Positions 27,312 through 36,499 of a stretch of DNA of 64,000 bases are shown here, piece by piece. This DNA comes from an uncultured Thermoplasmatales archaeon (lineage in GTDB: Archaea > Thermoplasmatota > E2 > UBA202 > DSCA01): assembly GCA_964514975.1 (NCBI GenBank), contig CAZESS010000002.1, forward strand, positions 1 to 64,000, written 5' to 3'. The translations under genes were made by a program, and so were the position numbers. Below the pieces are notes generated by a model. The model worked only from the letters and a program-made list of their open reading frames with translations, searched no databases and had not been told where the DNA came from. Every line of letters starts with the position of its first letter. The first letter of the stretch is position 1.

Positions 27312-28322
27312 ATGCCGGCAAAAAAATTTAACAGAAATCCTTTCAACGAGAAATTAATACATAGATTTTTTTTCGAAACTCTTTATTGCGACAAGCAAAA
27401 TCGCGATTTACTTGTTCCATCAAACATTAAGCAAGATCTAAAAAAACTAAACCTCGTTGTTCCCGAAGCATCTATTGTCGAAGGCGGATATCGACCGGAT
27501 TTTAAATTGTATTTTAAGGGTATGGAAAAAACGGTGGCAGTCGAAATAAAGTGGCACTCTAAAGATTTAAAAGAAAATCAAAAAGAAGCTCTTATCGGTG
27601 ACACGGATACAAATGGAAACAGGGGATACGTTCTGAGTTTTGATGACGAAGATATCGAGGTTGAACATGTACAAATTGACAAAGAATTATTTGAAAATTG
27701 GCTTATCAAGCGAGTTAAATCGCTATGGAATGATGCATATTCCTATAAAATCGAAAAACAAATTGGTAAACGAACTTGGATTGTTATTTTGAGGGGAAAA
27801 TCAATACAAAATTTTCAAAAAATGGTCAAACAACATCGCGATAATTTTTGGGCATTCCAAAATACTCCGTTTATAATGAAAAATTTATTAGAAATAAAGC
27901 ATAGAGATGAAATCATTTTCTTATTAGTAAAAGCAAGCGGAAATGAAAGACAGGCATTACAGCGAGATTCGAGAGAAAAGTTAGATGTGCTCTCATTCTT
28001 TGTCGGCAACATAAAAGAACCTTATGTTATGTATCTGAAAGGCCCTAAAGCAACGTTTTTTGAGGGCAGGGACGACTTATCGGTCAACAACAGGAAATGG
28101 CCTCATTTTATTGAATTTACAGAGGAAGCATATATGAAATTCGAACAAAACGCCTGCATAAATAGGAACAACTTTTCAAAATCCCTCAGGAAAAAAATTG
28201 CCGATTCATGTAACAAAAAAGGAAAAGGAATTCCAATATTACTTGATGATATTGAAGCAAACGAACTTAAATCTGAACTTAGACTCGAGTGTAATCGCCT
28301 TAATAAGGTAGTTGCAATATAA
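27312..28322 (+). CDS. PD-(D/E)xK nuclease domain fused to putative EVE/PUA-like domain
   Basis: E.....YRPDF........VEIK; C-half TWIV...NF...FWAF...IKHRDEIIF...WPHFIEF. Confidence 0.6.
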   Translation: MPAKKFNRNPFNEKLIHRFFFETLYCDKQNRDLLVPSNIKQDLKKLNLVVPEASIVEGGYRPDFKLYFKGMEKTVAVEIKWHSKDLKENQKEALIGDTDTNGNRGYVLSFDDEDIEVEHVQIDKELFENWLIKRVKSLWNDAYSYKIEKQIGKRTWIVILRGKSIQNFQKMVKQHRDNFWAFQNTPFIMKNLLEIKHRDEIIFLLVKASGNERQALQRDSREKLDVLSFFVGNIKEPYVMYLKGPKATFFEGRDDLSVNNRKWPHFIEFTEEAYMKFEQNACINRNNFSKSLRKKIADSCNKKGKGIPILLDDIEANELKSELRLECNRLNKVVAI

Positions 28323-28366
28323 CCTGCATACCAAAAAATTTTTTCCGAGTTACTTGCTTAGATACT

Positions 28367-28449
28367 GCGTTGTTTCGCTGCGGATGAAAAACATTATACG
28401 AATCGCGACTTCGACGGCGAATCGGCTTGACGCGCGTCGATAGTGTCGT
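28367..28449 (+). repeat. 83-bp imperfect direct repeat, copy 2
   Basis: 72/83 identical to 27074-27156. Confidence 0.9.
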
Positions 28450-28602
28450 TAGTAGGCGATAGTTGCCACCAAAACCATGGGTTTGTATGTCGAATTCTAC
28501 GCGGTTCACGCGGTTTCGTAAGTCGTTGGCATCGTACGCCACATACACGTTCCATACAGCGCCGAAGAATTGCTTTTTTATGTGCATAAAGAATCGAGAA
28601 TC

Positions 28603-28914
28603 ATGGCATCGAAAAAAACCCGTACCACGATTTCGATACCGCGCGATCTGCGCGACGCGGCGAAGGAAGAGGGCATCAACATATCGCGATTTGTAACCGA
28701 GCGATTACGCGAATTTTTCGCAGAAAGACAAATTTTCTCCGGAGCCAGTTACTCGGGTTCAAATCCCGATATGCCCGTTTGCCGCGACCATAGGGGCCAT
28801 GGCGGCACTGGAAAGGCAGATAGAGATGGTACAAAAGGATGTGGAGGTTCGGAAGGCGTACCTCTATCTGCCCCCCGTGTATATCAACCGTACGAGCTAT
28901 TTAATCATTGTTAA
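28603..28914 (+). CDS. Integrase N-terminal fragment int(N), RHH/CcdA-antitoxin-like domain, reading through attR into host DNA
   Basis: KTRTTISIPRDLRDAAKEEGINISRFV..RL, then SGASYSGSNPDMPV encoded by att in the same frame as int(C). Confidence 0.85.
   Translation: MASKKTRTTISIPRDLRDAAKEEGINISRFVTERLREFFAERQIFSGASYSGSNPDMPVCRDHRGHGGTGKADRDGTKGCGGSEGVPLSAPRVYQPYELFNHC
28737..28779 (+). repeat. attR: 43-bp direct repeat (duplicated tRNA 3' half)
   Basis: Identical to 22367-22409. Confidence 0.95.
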
Positions 28915-29121
28915 CATCTGGGCTATGACCATGGATTGCTCGCGGTGTCGTCATCCAGAAGGCCGATGCCATGGCGAACGAGCAATAATGGCCCGCAGCG
29001 CCGGGAAACGTTTATATATGAGTGTGTCTTACGCCCCACCGGGGAAGGGTGAACGCCTCCACCCTCTTTTTGTGCCTCCCCCTTCCCCATGCCTCCCTTT
29101 TTAGCCAGTGACAGGCACGAT

Positions 29122-30438
29122 TTACAACCCGGCATTGTAGCTGACATAGATGTCAGCCTCGAGCATCTCCATGTCATCGCTGTAAAAATGGTGGACGAAA
29201 TAGATGTTTCCCTGCCCGTCGAGGCATGGCTCACCAGCGAAGTTTGAGATGATTTCCTCCGGCTGGCTCCATCCACCACCGGTTTTAACCGAACGATATA
29301 TGGCCGGACCCGGATAGCCCATCCCGCTGGAGCGGGTGAACCAGAGCTCGGAGCCGTCCGCCGACACCCATGGCCGGGAATCCTGAGAGGGCGTGTTCAC
29401 CGGAGCGCCGAGATTGACGGGCTCCGTCCAGGCGCCGTTGACCAGTTCCGTAGTCCAGATATCAAGGCCGCCGTGGCCGCCCTCGCTGCGGTGAAAGTAC
29501 ATGGTTGTCCCGTCGGCCGTCAGATGCATCTCCCCGACGTTGTATTCCTCGTTGAGCAGCCGCCCGGCATTCTCCCAGTGCAGCCACGCGTCGCCCGTCC
29601 GCATGGCGGTCCACAGGTCGCCGTCGCTCCGGTAGTTACCCGCACGGAACGAGGCAAACCACAACGTGTCATCAAGGACGAAGGGGGCGCCGTCGAGCGC
29701 CAGGTCGTCGTTGAGGACGACGCGCTCCGGCTCGGTCCATCCGTTGGCCGTCCGTTCGGCGCACCATATTCCGGTGACGCCGTCGGTGACCTGCTCGCTG
29801 GCGGGCACGTCCACATCCGGGGTAAAAAAGAAGTATAACGCATTTACATCCGGGGTCACAAAGCCGGCATCCTCCGCCCCTGCGGTGTTGACCGACCCGG
29901 GCATGGGCACCGGCTGCCGCCATCTGTCATCGTGCACCACGGGCGGAAAACGGTCATTGCCGGGAGTGCCTTTGACCGCATCCGGCGGAATGGCTTCCTC
30001 GCGTTCCTGCACCATGTCGACGCCGAAGGTGAACGGGCCGAACATCTGGCAGATGCCATGGCGGACGTCGCCGCCGGCCTGCACCATGAGCTCCGCCGGG
30101 CCGAGACCCAGGAAAAACGTGCTCTGCACCACGGTTTGTTCGCCTGCCGGCACCGTCGGGATGGTGCCGCTAGCATACCCGGATGGCCATAGGGATCCCT
30201 GCACGTCGATGGTCCACGGGACATCGCTGGCATCGGCGGGCCCCTCGTTTGCAATGGTCACCATTACGCCAACGCCCACGTTGACTGCCTCGATGACAAC
30301 GACCGTGTCATTGTCCGCCGGGCTTTCCATGCACCCACTCAACACGGGCAACGGCGTCACCGTCGCTCCGAGCAAAACGGCGACCATGGCGCTTCCCCAC
30401 ATCCGATGGCGCAGCACGCGCTCCCAACCCTGGTTCAT
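29122..30438 (-). CDS. Secreted protein with PD40/TolB-like beta-propeller repeats
   Basis: Signal peptide; W.EPVNLGAPVNT...D..P.VSADG.ELWF repeats. Confidence 0.75.
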   Translation of the reverse strand: MNQGWERVLRHRMWGSAMVAVLLGATVTPLPVLSGCMESPADNDTVVVIEAVNVGVGVMVTIANEGPADASDVPWTIDVQGSLWPSGYASGTIPTVPAGEQTVVQSTFFLGLGPAELMVQAGGDVRHGICQMFGPFTFGVDMVQEREEAIPPDAVKGTPGNDRFPPVVHDDRWRQPVPMPGSVNTAGAEDAGFVTPDVNALYFFFTPDVDVPASEQVTDGVTGIWCAERTANGWTEPERVVLNDDLALDGAPFVLDDTLWFASFRAGNYRSDGDLWTAMRTGDAWLHWENAGRLLNEEYNVGEMHLTADGTTMYFHRSEGGHGGLDIWTTELVNGAWTEPVNLGAPVNTPSQDSRPWVSADGSELWFTRSSGMGYPGPAIYRSVKTGGGWSQPEEIISNFAGEPCLDGQGNIYFVHHFYSDDMEMLEADIYVSYNAGL

Positions 30439-30502
30439 CGTCGAGATAACTGACCGGCGTTAATAAATGCACCGAAATCATCGGCTGAGCAAACGCGAGG
30501 GG

Positions 30503-31084
30503 CTAGCTGCTTGTGGACGCCCAGGCGTACAGGGTCAGCCCCGCGTAGCCGGTGCTGGAGAACGAAAAGACGCCGCTCCATCCGATGACGCCCACGAATC
30601 CTGCGGCCAGGACCCTGTGCGGCCCGTCATAGGAGGTTATGCCGTCGCCGCCGGTGAGCGATGTAACCGTCGTTGACGCCTCATCGTCCGAGTAGCTGCA
30701 GAAGATGATCGAGGGCAGCAGGTTGAACGACAGACGCATCAACGGTATCTCGAGCAGCGCCGGGGGAAGCGCCATATGGAACCCGTCGCCTCCCGAGACG
30801 ATGAGGGAGAGCCCGAGCTGCTGTTCCATCATCTGCTGGAACCGGGCGTCCTCCCTGAGCAGCCTGGTGCAGCGCTCGGCGATGGCCGATGACAGCTCTT
30901 CGCCCGCTGCGACATGCACCGTTTGCCTGACATGTTCTACCCTGCCGTCGGGCAGACATCTGGCGAAGGTCACCGTCCGCTCGGTGCCGTCCTCCATGTC
31001 GGCTTCCGGTGCGCCCTCGATGAGGGGGGCGACCATGAAAACAAGGCATGCCGCCACAGCCAGCGACAGTGTTTTTTTATACAT
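30503..31084 (-). CDS. Hypothetical secreted protein
   Basis: MYKK plus hydrophobic signal peptide, GGAGG RBS. Confidence 0.7.
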   Translation of the reverse strand: MYKKTLSLAVAACLVFMVAPLIEGAPEADMEDGTERTVTFARCLPDGRVEHVRQTVHVAAGEELSSAIAERCTRLLREDARFQQMMEQQLGLSLIVSGGDGFHMALPPALLEIPLMRLSFNLLPSIIFCSYSDDEASTTVTSLTGGDGITSYDGPHRVLAAGFVGVIGWSGVFSFSSTGYAGLTLYAWASTSS

Positions 31085-31173
31085 CTATAGCCTCCATAGG
31101 GGTAGCACGTACAGCATATTTATAGCTATCGAACACCGGCGCATACATTTAAATGCGGATACCGGTTTAAACC

Positions 31174-31938
31174 ATGGGAGGTAACATCATGCACATATAT
31201 TCTGGAAGGAAAGGACTGGCGGTGGCAGCCGTCGCCCTCTTTGTAGGGCTGACACTGGCGCCGGCTGGCGGCCTGACGGAGGCACCTGCAAGCGGGAATA
31301 CATCCATGCAGGACAGAGGGTCATGCCGGATGGATGGAGCGCAGGACATGCTGACGGTGACGGTCGAGGAGCACCGGCCCGATGGAACAATGGGGACATG
31401 GACGGTATCCTGCATCGGCGCCGACGTCGAACGGATGACCCGGGAGCTCCAGATAGCATCGAGCACCCATGAGACATTCCAGGTGCTGGCGGCCCATGGT
31501 CTCATCCAGGCCGATGGCAGCCATGAGATGCTCGCGGCCATATGGGAACAGACGGGCATGACCGCGGACGTGCAGGATATCTGGCTGCCGCCGCTGGCAG
31601 TCATGTTTTTCAGCGAGGTCAGCATGACCTACCGAGGGGGTGGCACCATGCGGCTGGGGATGACGCCGTTTCTCCGGCTCATCAACCGGTATCTGAAAAC
31701 CGACCTGCAGCGGGGCATCGACCTCGTCGACGTCTGCTGGGGGCTCCGCGGCAGCCTGCACACCCGGGGACTGCTCGGTGAACATCACCTGACATTGCGG
31801 CCCGGCATGAGCTCCATGACCGGGTTCATCGGATACGGCGTGCACATACCACTGCTGCGGCACTCGTTTTACGGCGCCGCGGTGATGACCGTCACCGCCG
31901 GCCTGGGTGAGCACGACTTCGACCCCTGGTTCCCATAG
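31174..31938 (+). CDS. Hypothetical secreted protein
   Basis: Signal peptide; divergent from and loosely similar to 30503-31084; followed by T tract. Confidence 0.7.
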   Translation: MGGNIMHIYSGRKGLAVAAVALFVGLTLAPAGGLTEAPASGNTSMQDRGSCRMDGAQDMLTVTVEEHRPDGTMGTWTVSCIGADVERMTRELQIASSTHETFQVLAAHGLIQADGSHEMLAAIWEQTGMTADVQDIWLPPLAVMFFSEVSMTYRGGGTMRLGMTPFLRLINRYLKTDLQRGIDLVDVCWGLRGSLHTRGLLGEHHLTLRPGMSSMTGFIGYGVHIPLLRHSFYGAAVMTVTAGLGEHDFDPWFP

Positions 31939-31946
31939 GGGAACCA

Positions 31947-31962
31947 TTTTTTCTTTTTTTTT
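31947..31962 (+). terminator. Oligo-T archaeal terminator
   Basis: 16-nt almost pure T tract just after the stop at 31938, between convergent genes. Confidence 0.6.
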
Positions 31963-31985
31963 TGATTACATGGGCTGAAACGCTC

Positions 31986-32384
31986 CTATTCGCGGGGGAT
32001 GATGTCGACGAGCAGGCGCCTGGTCCGGGGGCCGTCGCCCTCGTAGAAAAAGATGCGCTGCCATGTGCCCAGCTTCAGGGCTCCATCGATGATGATGACC
32101 TGGGTGGTACAGCCGATGAGCGATGACGTGATGTGGGCGTCGCTGTTGCCCTCGGCGTGCTCGTAGCCGCCGTCATGGGGGACGAGGCGCTGCAGCGCTG
32201 TGAGGATGTCCCGCTGGACGGCGGGGTCGGCGCCCTCGTTGATGGTGACCCCGGCCGTCGTATGGGGGACGTAGAGGACGGCGAGGCCGTCTGAGATGCC
32301 GGACTGTTCCACCAGCTTGGTTACCCGGTCGGTGACGTCGATGAGCTCCCGGCGCTGCTGCGAGCGGAGCGTTATCTCGTGCAT
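31986..32384 (-). CDS. yjbQ: YjbQ / UPF0047 family protein
   Basis: PHTTAGVTINEGADP, HAEGNSDAH, LGTWQ.IFF.E.DGPR. Confidence 0.92.
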   Translation of the reverse strand: MHEITLRSQQRRELIDVTDRVTKLVEQSGISDGLAVLYVPHTTAGVTINEGADPAVQRDILTALQRLVPHDGGYEHAEGNSDAHITSSLIGCTTQVIIIDGALKLGTWQRIFFYEGDGPRTRRLLVDIIPRE

Positions 32385-32497
32385 GCTGTAGCATCGTGGC
32401 AGGGCATAAAAATGTGGGGCTGCCGGCAGCGCATATCGGCGGATTGCGGGCGCAACGTTCTTAACTATGGTGGCTATTTGCATTGGCGAGGAATACC

Positions 32498-33760
32498 ATG
32501 GGAAAAACCTGCGCTGAAAAAATATTGAGCAAGCATGCCGGCCGGGATGCCTCGGCGGGCGAGATCGTGACGATTCAACCGGACCATCTTTTGACGCATG
32601 ACAACACGGCGCCCATCACCGCCAAGATAGAGGATGAACTGGAGAGGTACGGTGTCGCTGACCCCGACATGCCGGTCATCGTGCTCGACCATGTCGTGCC
32701 TGCGGCCAACGAGAAAACGGCGACGAACCATCAAAAGATACGGGCGTTCGTCCAGAGGCACAACATCCAGCATTTTTATGATGCCGGGACAGGCATCTGC
32801 CATCAGGTCGTCGTCGAAAAGGGGCTGGCGCTGCCCGGCGGGGTGGCACTGGGCTCGGACTCGCATACCTGCTCCTATGGCGCCGTGAACTGTTTTTCGG
32901 CGGGCATCGACCGGACGGAGGCTGCAGCGTTGATGCTCACCGGGGAGACCTGGCTGAAGGTCCCCGAGAGCGTGAAGATGACGCTTCGCGGGAAGCTGCA
33001 GCGCGGGGTCACCGCCAAGGACCTCATCTTGCACATCATCGGTGACGTGTCGGCGTCGGGCTGCTCCTACAAAACCGTCGAGTTCCACGGCGACGTCGCT
33101 TCGTTGAGCATATCGGAACGGTTCACGATGGCGAACATGGGCGTCGAGATGGACAGCAAGGGCGCCATGTTTCCCTGCGATACTGTCACGGAGACATATC
33201 TCAAGGAGCACGGCGTCGCCCGTGACGCCTATGAGCCGGTGTGGGCTGACAGCGATGCCTGCTATGCCTCCGAGCATTCCTATGACGTGGACGACATCGT
33301 GCCGATGATTGCGGCGCCGCACCGCGTGGACAACGTCAAACCGGCGGCGGATCTCTCCGGGATGGACATCCATCAATGCTACCTGGGGACCTGCACCAAC
33401 GGCCGCCATGTGGACCTGCGGGCTGCGGCGGAGCTCCTGAACGGCGAGGTCGTTGCGAACAACGTCCGCCTGGTGGTGGCGGCGGCATCGCGCGCCGAGC
33501 TGAGCAGGGCCATCCATGACGGCACCATCGACATCCTCAACGAGGCGGGCGCAATGATTTTGCCGCCGGGCTGCGGCCCCTGCCTGGGGGCGCATCAGGG
33601 CGTGCTGGCTCCCGGCGAGCGATGTCTGTCGACGGCCAACCGGAACTTCAAGGGACGGATGGGCTGCAAGGATGCAGAAATCTACCTCGCCAGCCCATTG
33701 ACCGTGGCTGCCAGCGCGATCCATGGCGAGATTACCGACCCGCGGGAGGTGACCCAATGA
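32498..33760 (+). CDS. 3-isopropylmalate dehydratase / homoaconitase large subunit
   Basis: DH..P, GICHQ, DSHTC, GTCTNG, CGPCLG, NRNFKGRMG, YLASP. Confidence 0.95.
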   Translation: MGKTCAEKILSKHAGRDASAGEIVTIQPDHLLTHDNTAPITAKIEDELERYGVADPDMPVIVLDHVVPAANEKTATNHQKIRAFVQRHNIQHFYDAGTGICHQVVVEKGLALPGGVALGSDSHTCSYGAVNCFSAGIDRTEAAALMLTGETWLKVPESVKMTLRGKLQRGVTAKDLILHIIGDVSASGCSYKTVEFHGDVASLSISERFTMANMGVEMDSKGAMFPCDTVTETYLKEHGVARDAYEPVWADSDACYASEHSYDVDDIVPMIAAPHRVDNVKPAADLSGMDIHQCYLGTCTNGRHVDLRAAAELLNGEVVANNVRLVVAAASRAELSRAIHDGTIDILNEAGAMILPPGCGPCLGAHQGVLAPGERCLSTANRNFKGRMGCKDAEIYLASPLTVAASAIHGEITDPREVTQ

Positions 33761-34248
33761 CGATATGGTGCTACGGCGACGACGTCAACACCGACCAGCT
33801 GTTCCCGGGCAAGTACACCTACACCTGTAGTACGCCCGAGGAGATCAGGCCGCATCTGCTGGAGGACCTGGATCCGGATTTCGCAGATGGGGTTGAAGAG
33901 GGTGATATCATCCTGGCCGGCGACAACTTTGGCTGCGGCAGCAGCCGCGAGCAGCCGGTCGTTGGATTAAAAGCCGTCGGGATACGGGCCATCGTGGCGA
34001 AGAGCTTCGCCCGTATTTTTTACCGGGCCGGGCTCAACCAGGGGCTCATCCTGGTGGAATGCCCCAAAGCGGTTGACGCCTATGAGGAGGGCGACGACGT
34101 CGAGGTGGATGTGGAGAACGGGACGGTGGCCGTCGGCGGCGAGACGTTCAGCTTTCCGCCGCTGCCCGACCGTATCCTGGCTATCCGCGAGGCGGGCGGC
34201 CTGCTGCCCTACACGCGGCAGGTTCTGAAAGGGGAAACGGAACGATAA
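33757..34248 (+). CDS. 3-isopropylmalate dehydratase / homoaconitase small subunit
   Basis: DVNTDQ, NFGCGSSRE, SFARIFYR, AGGLL. Confidence 0.95.
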   Translation: MTIWCYGDDVNTDQLFPGKYTYTCSTPEEIRPHLLEDLDPDFADGVEEGDIILAGDNFGCGSSREQPVVGLKAVGIRAIVAKSFARIFYRAGLNQGLILVECPKAVDAYEEGDDVEVDVENGTVAVGGETFSFPPLPDRILAIREAGGLLPYTRQVLKGETER

Positions 34249-34293
34249 TCGTTTCCTTTTTTTCTTTCCATCGGTGCCGTTTCTGGTGCTGGT

Positions 34294-35088
34294 TTATTCG
34301 TCGCTGACGAGGGCATACCAGTCATCGGCGTTCCGGGCTTTTTTAAGGCGTTTCTCAGCGAGCCGTGGCCGGTAAAATCCGGAAACAAACCGCGGCAGAC
34401 TGTAATAATCCGTTCTGTCGGAAGACAGGGGGAAACTCTCCCATATCCATTCATCCGGCAGATCAGGATGGGCGGCTTCGAAGCCTTTCGCCCAGGCGAC
34501 GAAGCCCCACCCGGCGACCTGCTCCACGGTTTCATGAGAAATGTCCTGGACGAGTGCGAGCACCTCAAGAAGCAGGTCGACGTCCTGTATTTCTAGGTGT
34601 GGTGTGGTCCCAAGATAGGATTCGGTTTCCCGGTACCGCGTATGCTCCTCGATGCAGTGGAGAAATGCCTGTGGCGTAGGCGCCGTCACTATATCAAGCC
34701 ATGGGCGGCTTCGGAGCCCTACGGTAGCGAGGAAGCGCCGAATCTTCAGGGGAACGGCATCCAGCCGGGGGTCTGACCATCCTGGCTCAAATGTGCCCTC
34801 CATCCCTCTACATTTCTCTGCCAGCGAGGGTGTGTGTTTCACATAACATGCAAGGGCGTAGACATGTTTGCAGGGAAACATCTCGTCCGGACAACTGCAC
34901 GAAGAGGTATGGACCGGTGTGAGAGCTATCTGGACATCATAGTTATGGGTACCCCTGACTGTAGCCCTGATGTATCTGTCGTCGATACTGATGTTTCCGA
35001 CCTGCCCCTGCTCAAAATACGTTCTACCTCTCTCAGCTCGTCCACCCTGCCGTGTCGTGAGTTTTATAAGCCATGCTGTTTGAGACAT
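34294..35088 (-). CDS. SWIM zinc-finger protein
   Basis: RGR.Y...G.V, A.VRG..Y.V, CSCPD....CKH. Confidence 0.8.
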   Translation of the reverse strand: MSQTAWLIKLTTRQGGRAERGRTYFEQGQVGNISIDDRYIRATVRGTHNYDVQIALTPVHTSSCSCPDEMFPCKHVYALACYVKHTPSLAEKCRGMEGTFEPGWSDPRLDAVPLKIRRFLATVGLRSRPWLDIVTAPTPQAFLHCIEEHTRYRETESYLGTTPHLEIQDVDLLLEVLALVQDISHETVEQVAGWGFVAWAKGFEAAHPDLPDEWIWESFPLSSDRTDYYSLPRFVSGFYRPRLAEKRLKKARNADDWYALVSDE

Positions 35089-35101
35089 GCAGCCCCCTCG
35101 T

Positions 35102-35542
35102 TCACTCCAAAGGTTGATACTGTTCGGGCGGTATCCCGGTTTTGTCTACCACTATAATGGTACCGTCCGACGAATCGGCTTCTTCAGTATTCAGTAGCTT
35201 GGTGACGAAATGCCATTCGTCCCCATAATCGAAGAGATAGAGCATCTTTTTTCCTTTCCGGTCATATACCTCCTCTACAGTGGTTTCCTCAACGCTGCCA
35301 TAATCGCTCTCCATGTCCATGTCTGCGAAGAGCTCGTATCCCTCCTCCGCTTCCGTGTATCGTGGCGCGTCATAGAACCCGAAAGGATGGTCGAAGTGGA
35401 AGCCAATGCTGTCATTTATCGCCCTCGCAAAACGATACAGTGTTGTGTCCCCGGGCATCCTGAATGTTCTCGAAACCACTCCCTCAACCTTGCCGAACGA
35501 GTCAGCCATGGTCACTTTCACGAGCAGCATATTCTGAGGCAT
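35102..35542 (-). CDS. Plasmid pRiA4b ORF-3-like protein
   Basis: TL..F...I....F..DH...F, YLFDYGDEWHF, PPEQY. Confidence 0.85.
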   Translation of the reverse strand: MPQNMLLVKVTMADSFGKVEGVVSRTFRMPGDTTLYRFARAINDSIGFHFDHPFGFYDAPRYTEAEEGYELFADMDMESDYGSVEETTVEEVYDRKGKKMLYLFDYGDEWHFVTKLLNTEEADSSDGTIIVVDKTGIPPEQYQPLE

Positions 35543-35613
35543 AAAAGAGTAAATGGTGTGCGTTGCTAAATATCTTTACCCCGTACGGGAGACCATGGTT
35601 TTCTCCTCGCTGG

Positions 35614-35799
35614 CTACTTGTCGGAGAACAGCTCGCCGGCGTGCCCCCAGTTGGAGGGCTCTATCTCGCGGATGATGACGTAGACGGAGCCCGGGTCCTT
35701 GCCGGCGACGTCTTGCAGCGTTCGGGTGAAACGGCGGGTTATCTCGGCTTTTTGCTGGTGGGACAGCCTGCCCAGCGTTTTGAGTTCCACAACTGGCAT
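35614..35799 (-). CDS. 4-oxalocrotonate tautomerase family protein
   Basis: Pro-1 after Met, QKAE, VYVII.EI...NWG.AG. Confidence 0.88.
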   Translation of the reverse strand: MPVVELKTLGRLSHQQKAEITRRFTRTLQDVAGKDPGSVYVIIREIEPSNWGHAGELFSDK

Positions 35800-35832
35800 A
35801 CTGCTGTATCACATCCGGGTATTCAAGCTTTG

Positions 35833-36450
35833 CTACACGACATCAAGCAGCCGGATGCCATCCACGGCCAGCCATCCGGCCATGACGAGGAGGAGGACGG
35901 CCAGCAGCCGGGCAACCAGCCGGTAGCCATGGCCGACGAGGAGCCGACGGGAGCGCGACGCCAGGATGGCGACGGCGAGCTTAGCGCCGATGAGACTGCC
36001 GTAGAACGCGATGAGGAAGACAACCGCGGTCCCGGCATCGCTCATCCAGGCGTCGACCAGGAGCGGGGCGCCCACCGAGAACCAGAAGAGATAGGGATTC
36101 GGGTTGAGCACGTTGGCGGCGATGCCCTTGAACAGCGACCGCGGCGGCTCGTCATCCGCCGGGATTTCAACGGAGAAACTCCGGTATGCAAGATAGCAGA
36201 GAAACAGGCTGCCGGTAAGCGAAATGGCGCCCAGGACGCCGTGGAACGCAGCCAGCTGGGCGAGCACCAGGACCGTAATGGCAACGATGGGGGCATCGCT
36301 GAACAGCGGAGCAACGGCGACGCGCATGCCCGCCCGACGGCCATGCCGGATGGCTTCGCTGACCACCAAGGTGAGCAACGGGCCGGGGAGCAGACCCGCG
36401 GGCAGCCCGAGCGCGATGCCTTTGACCAGCAGGGCCAGGTGGGGTTCCAT
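35833..36450 (-). CDS. LysE family translocator
   Basis: PGP, G.RAG, LNPNPYLFW. Confidence 0.9.
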   Translation of the reverse strand: MEPHLALLVKGIALGLPAGLLPGPLLTLVVSEAIRHGRRAGMRVAVAPLFSDAPIVAITVLVLAQLAAFHGVLGAISLTGSLFLCYLAYRSFSVEIPADDEPPRSLFKGIAANVLNPNPYLFWFSVGAPLLVDAWMSDAGTAVVFLIAFYGSLIGAKLAVAILASRSRRLLVGHGYRLVARLLAVLLLVMAGWLAVDGIRLLDVV

Positions 36451-36499
36451 GGGTGGCAACATCGCGGGGCTTTAAATGGTTTCACCGTCGGCCCGGGTT

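Larger units (their letters stand above)
22367..28779. mobile_element. Integrated plasmid-like element (6370-bp predicted circle) in tRNA-Arg(CCG)
   Basis: Perfect 43-bp direct repeats at both ends, split tyrosine integrase, visibly AT-richer than flanks. Confidence 0.92.

Noticed and set aside
28737-28779. Second tRNA-Arg gene
   Set aside because: Only the 3' half is present; there is no 5' acceptor strand or D-arm
22367-28779. Provirus interpretation of the integrated element
   Set aside because: No capsid, packaging ATPase or other virion gene recognisable; size and content fit a plasmid-like or satellite element
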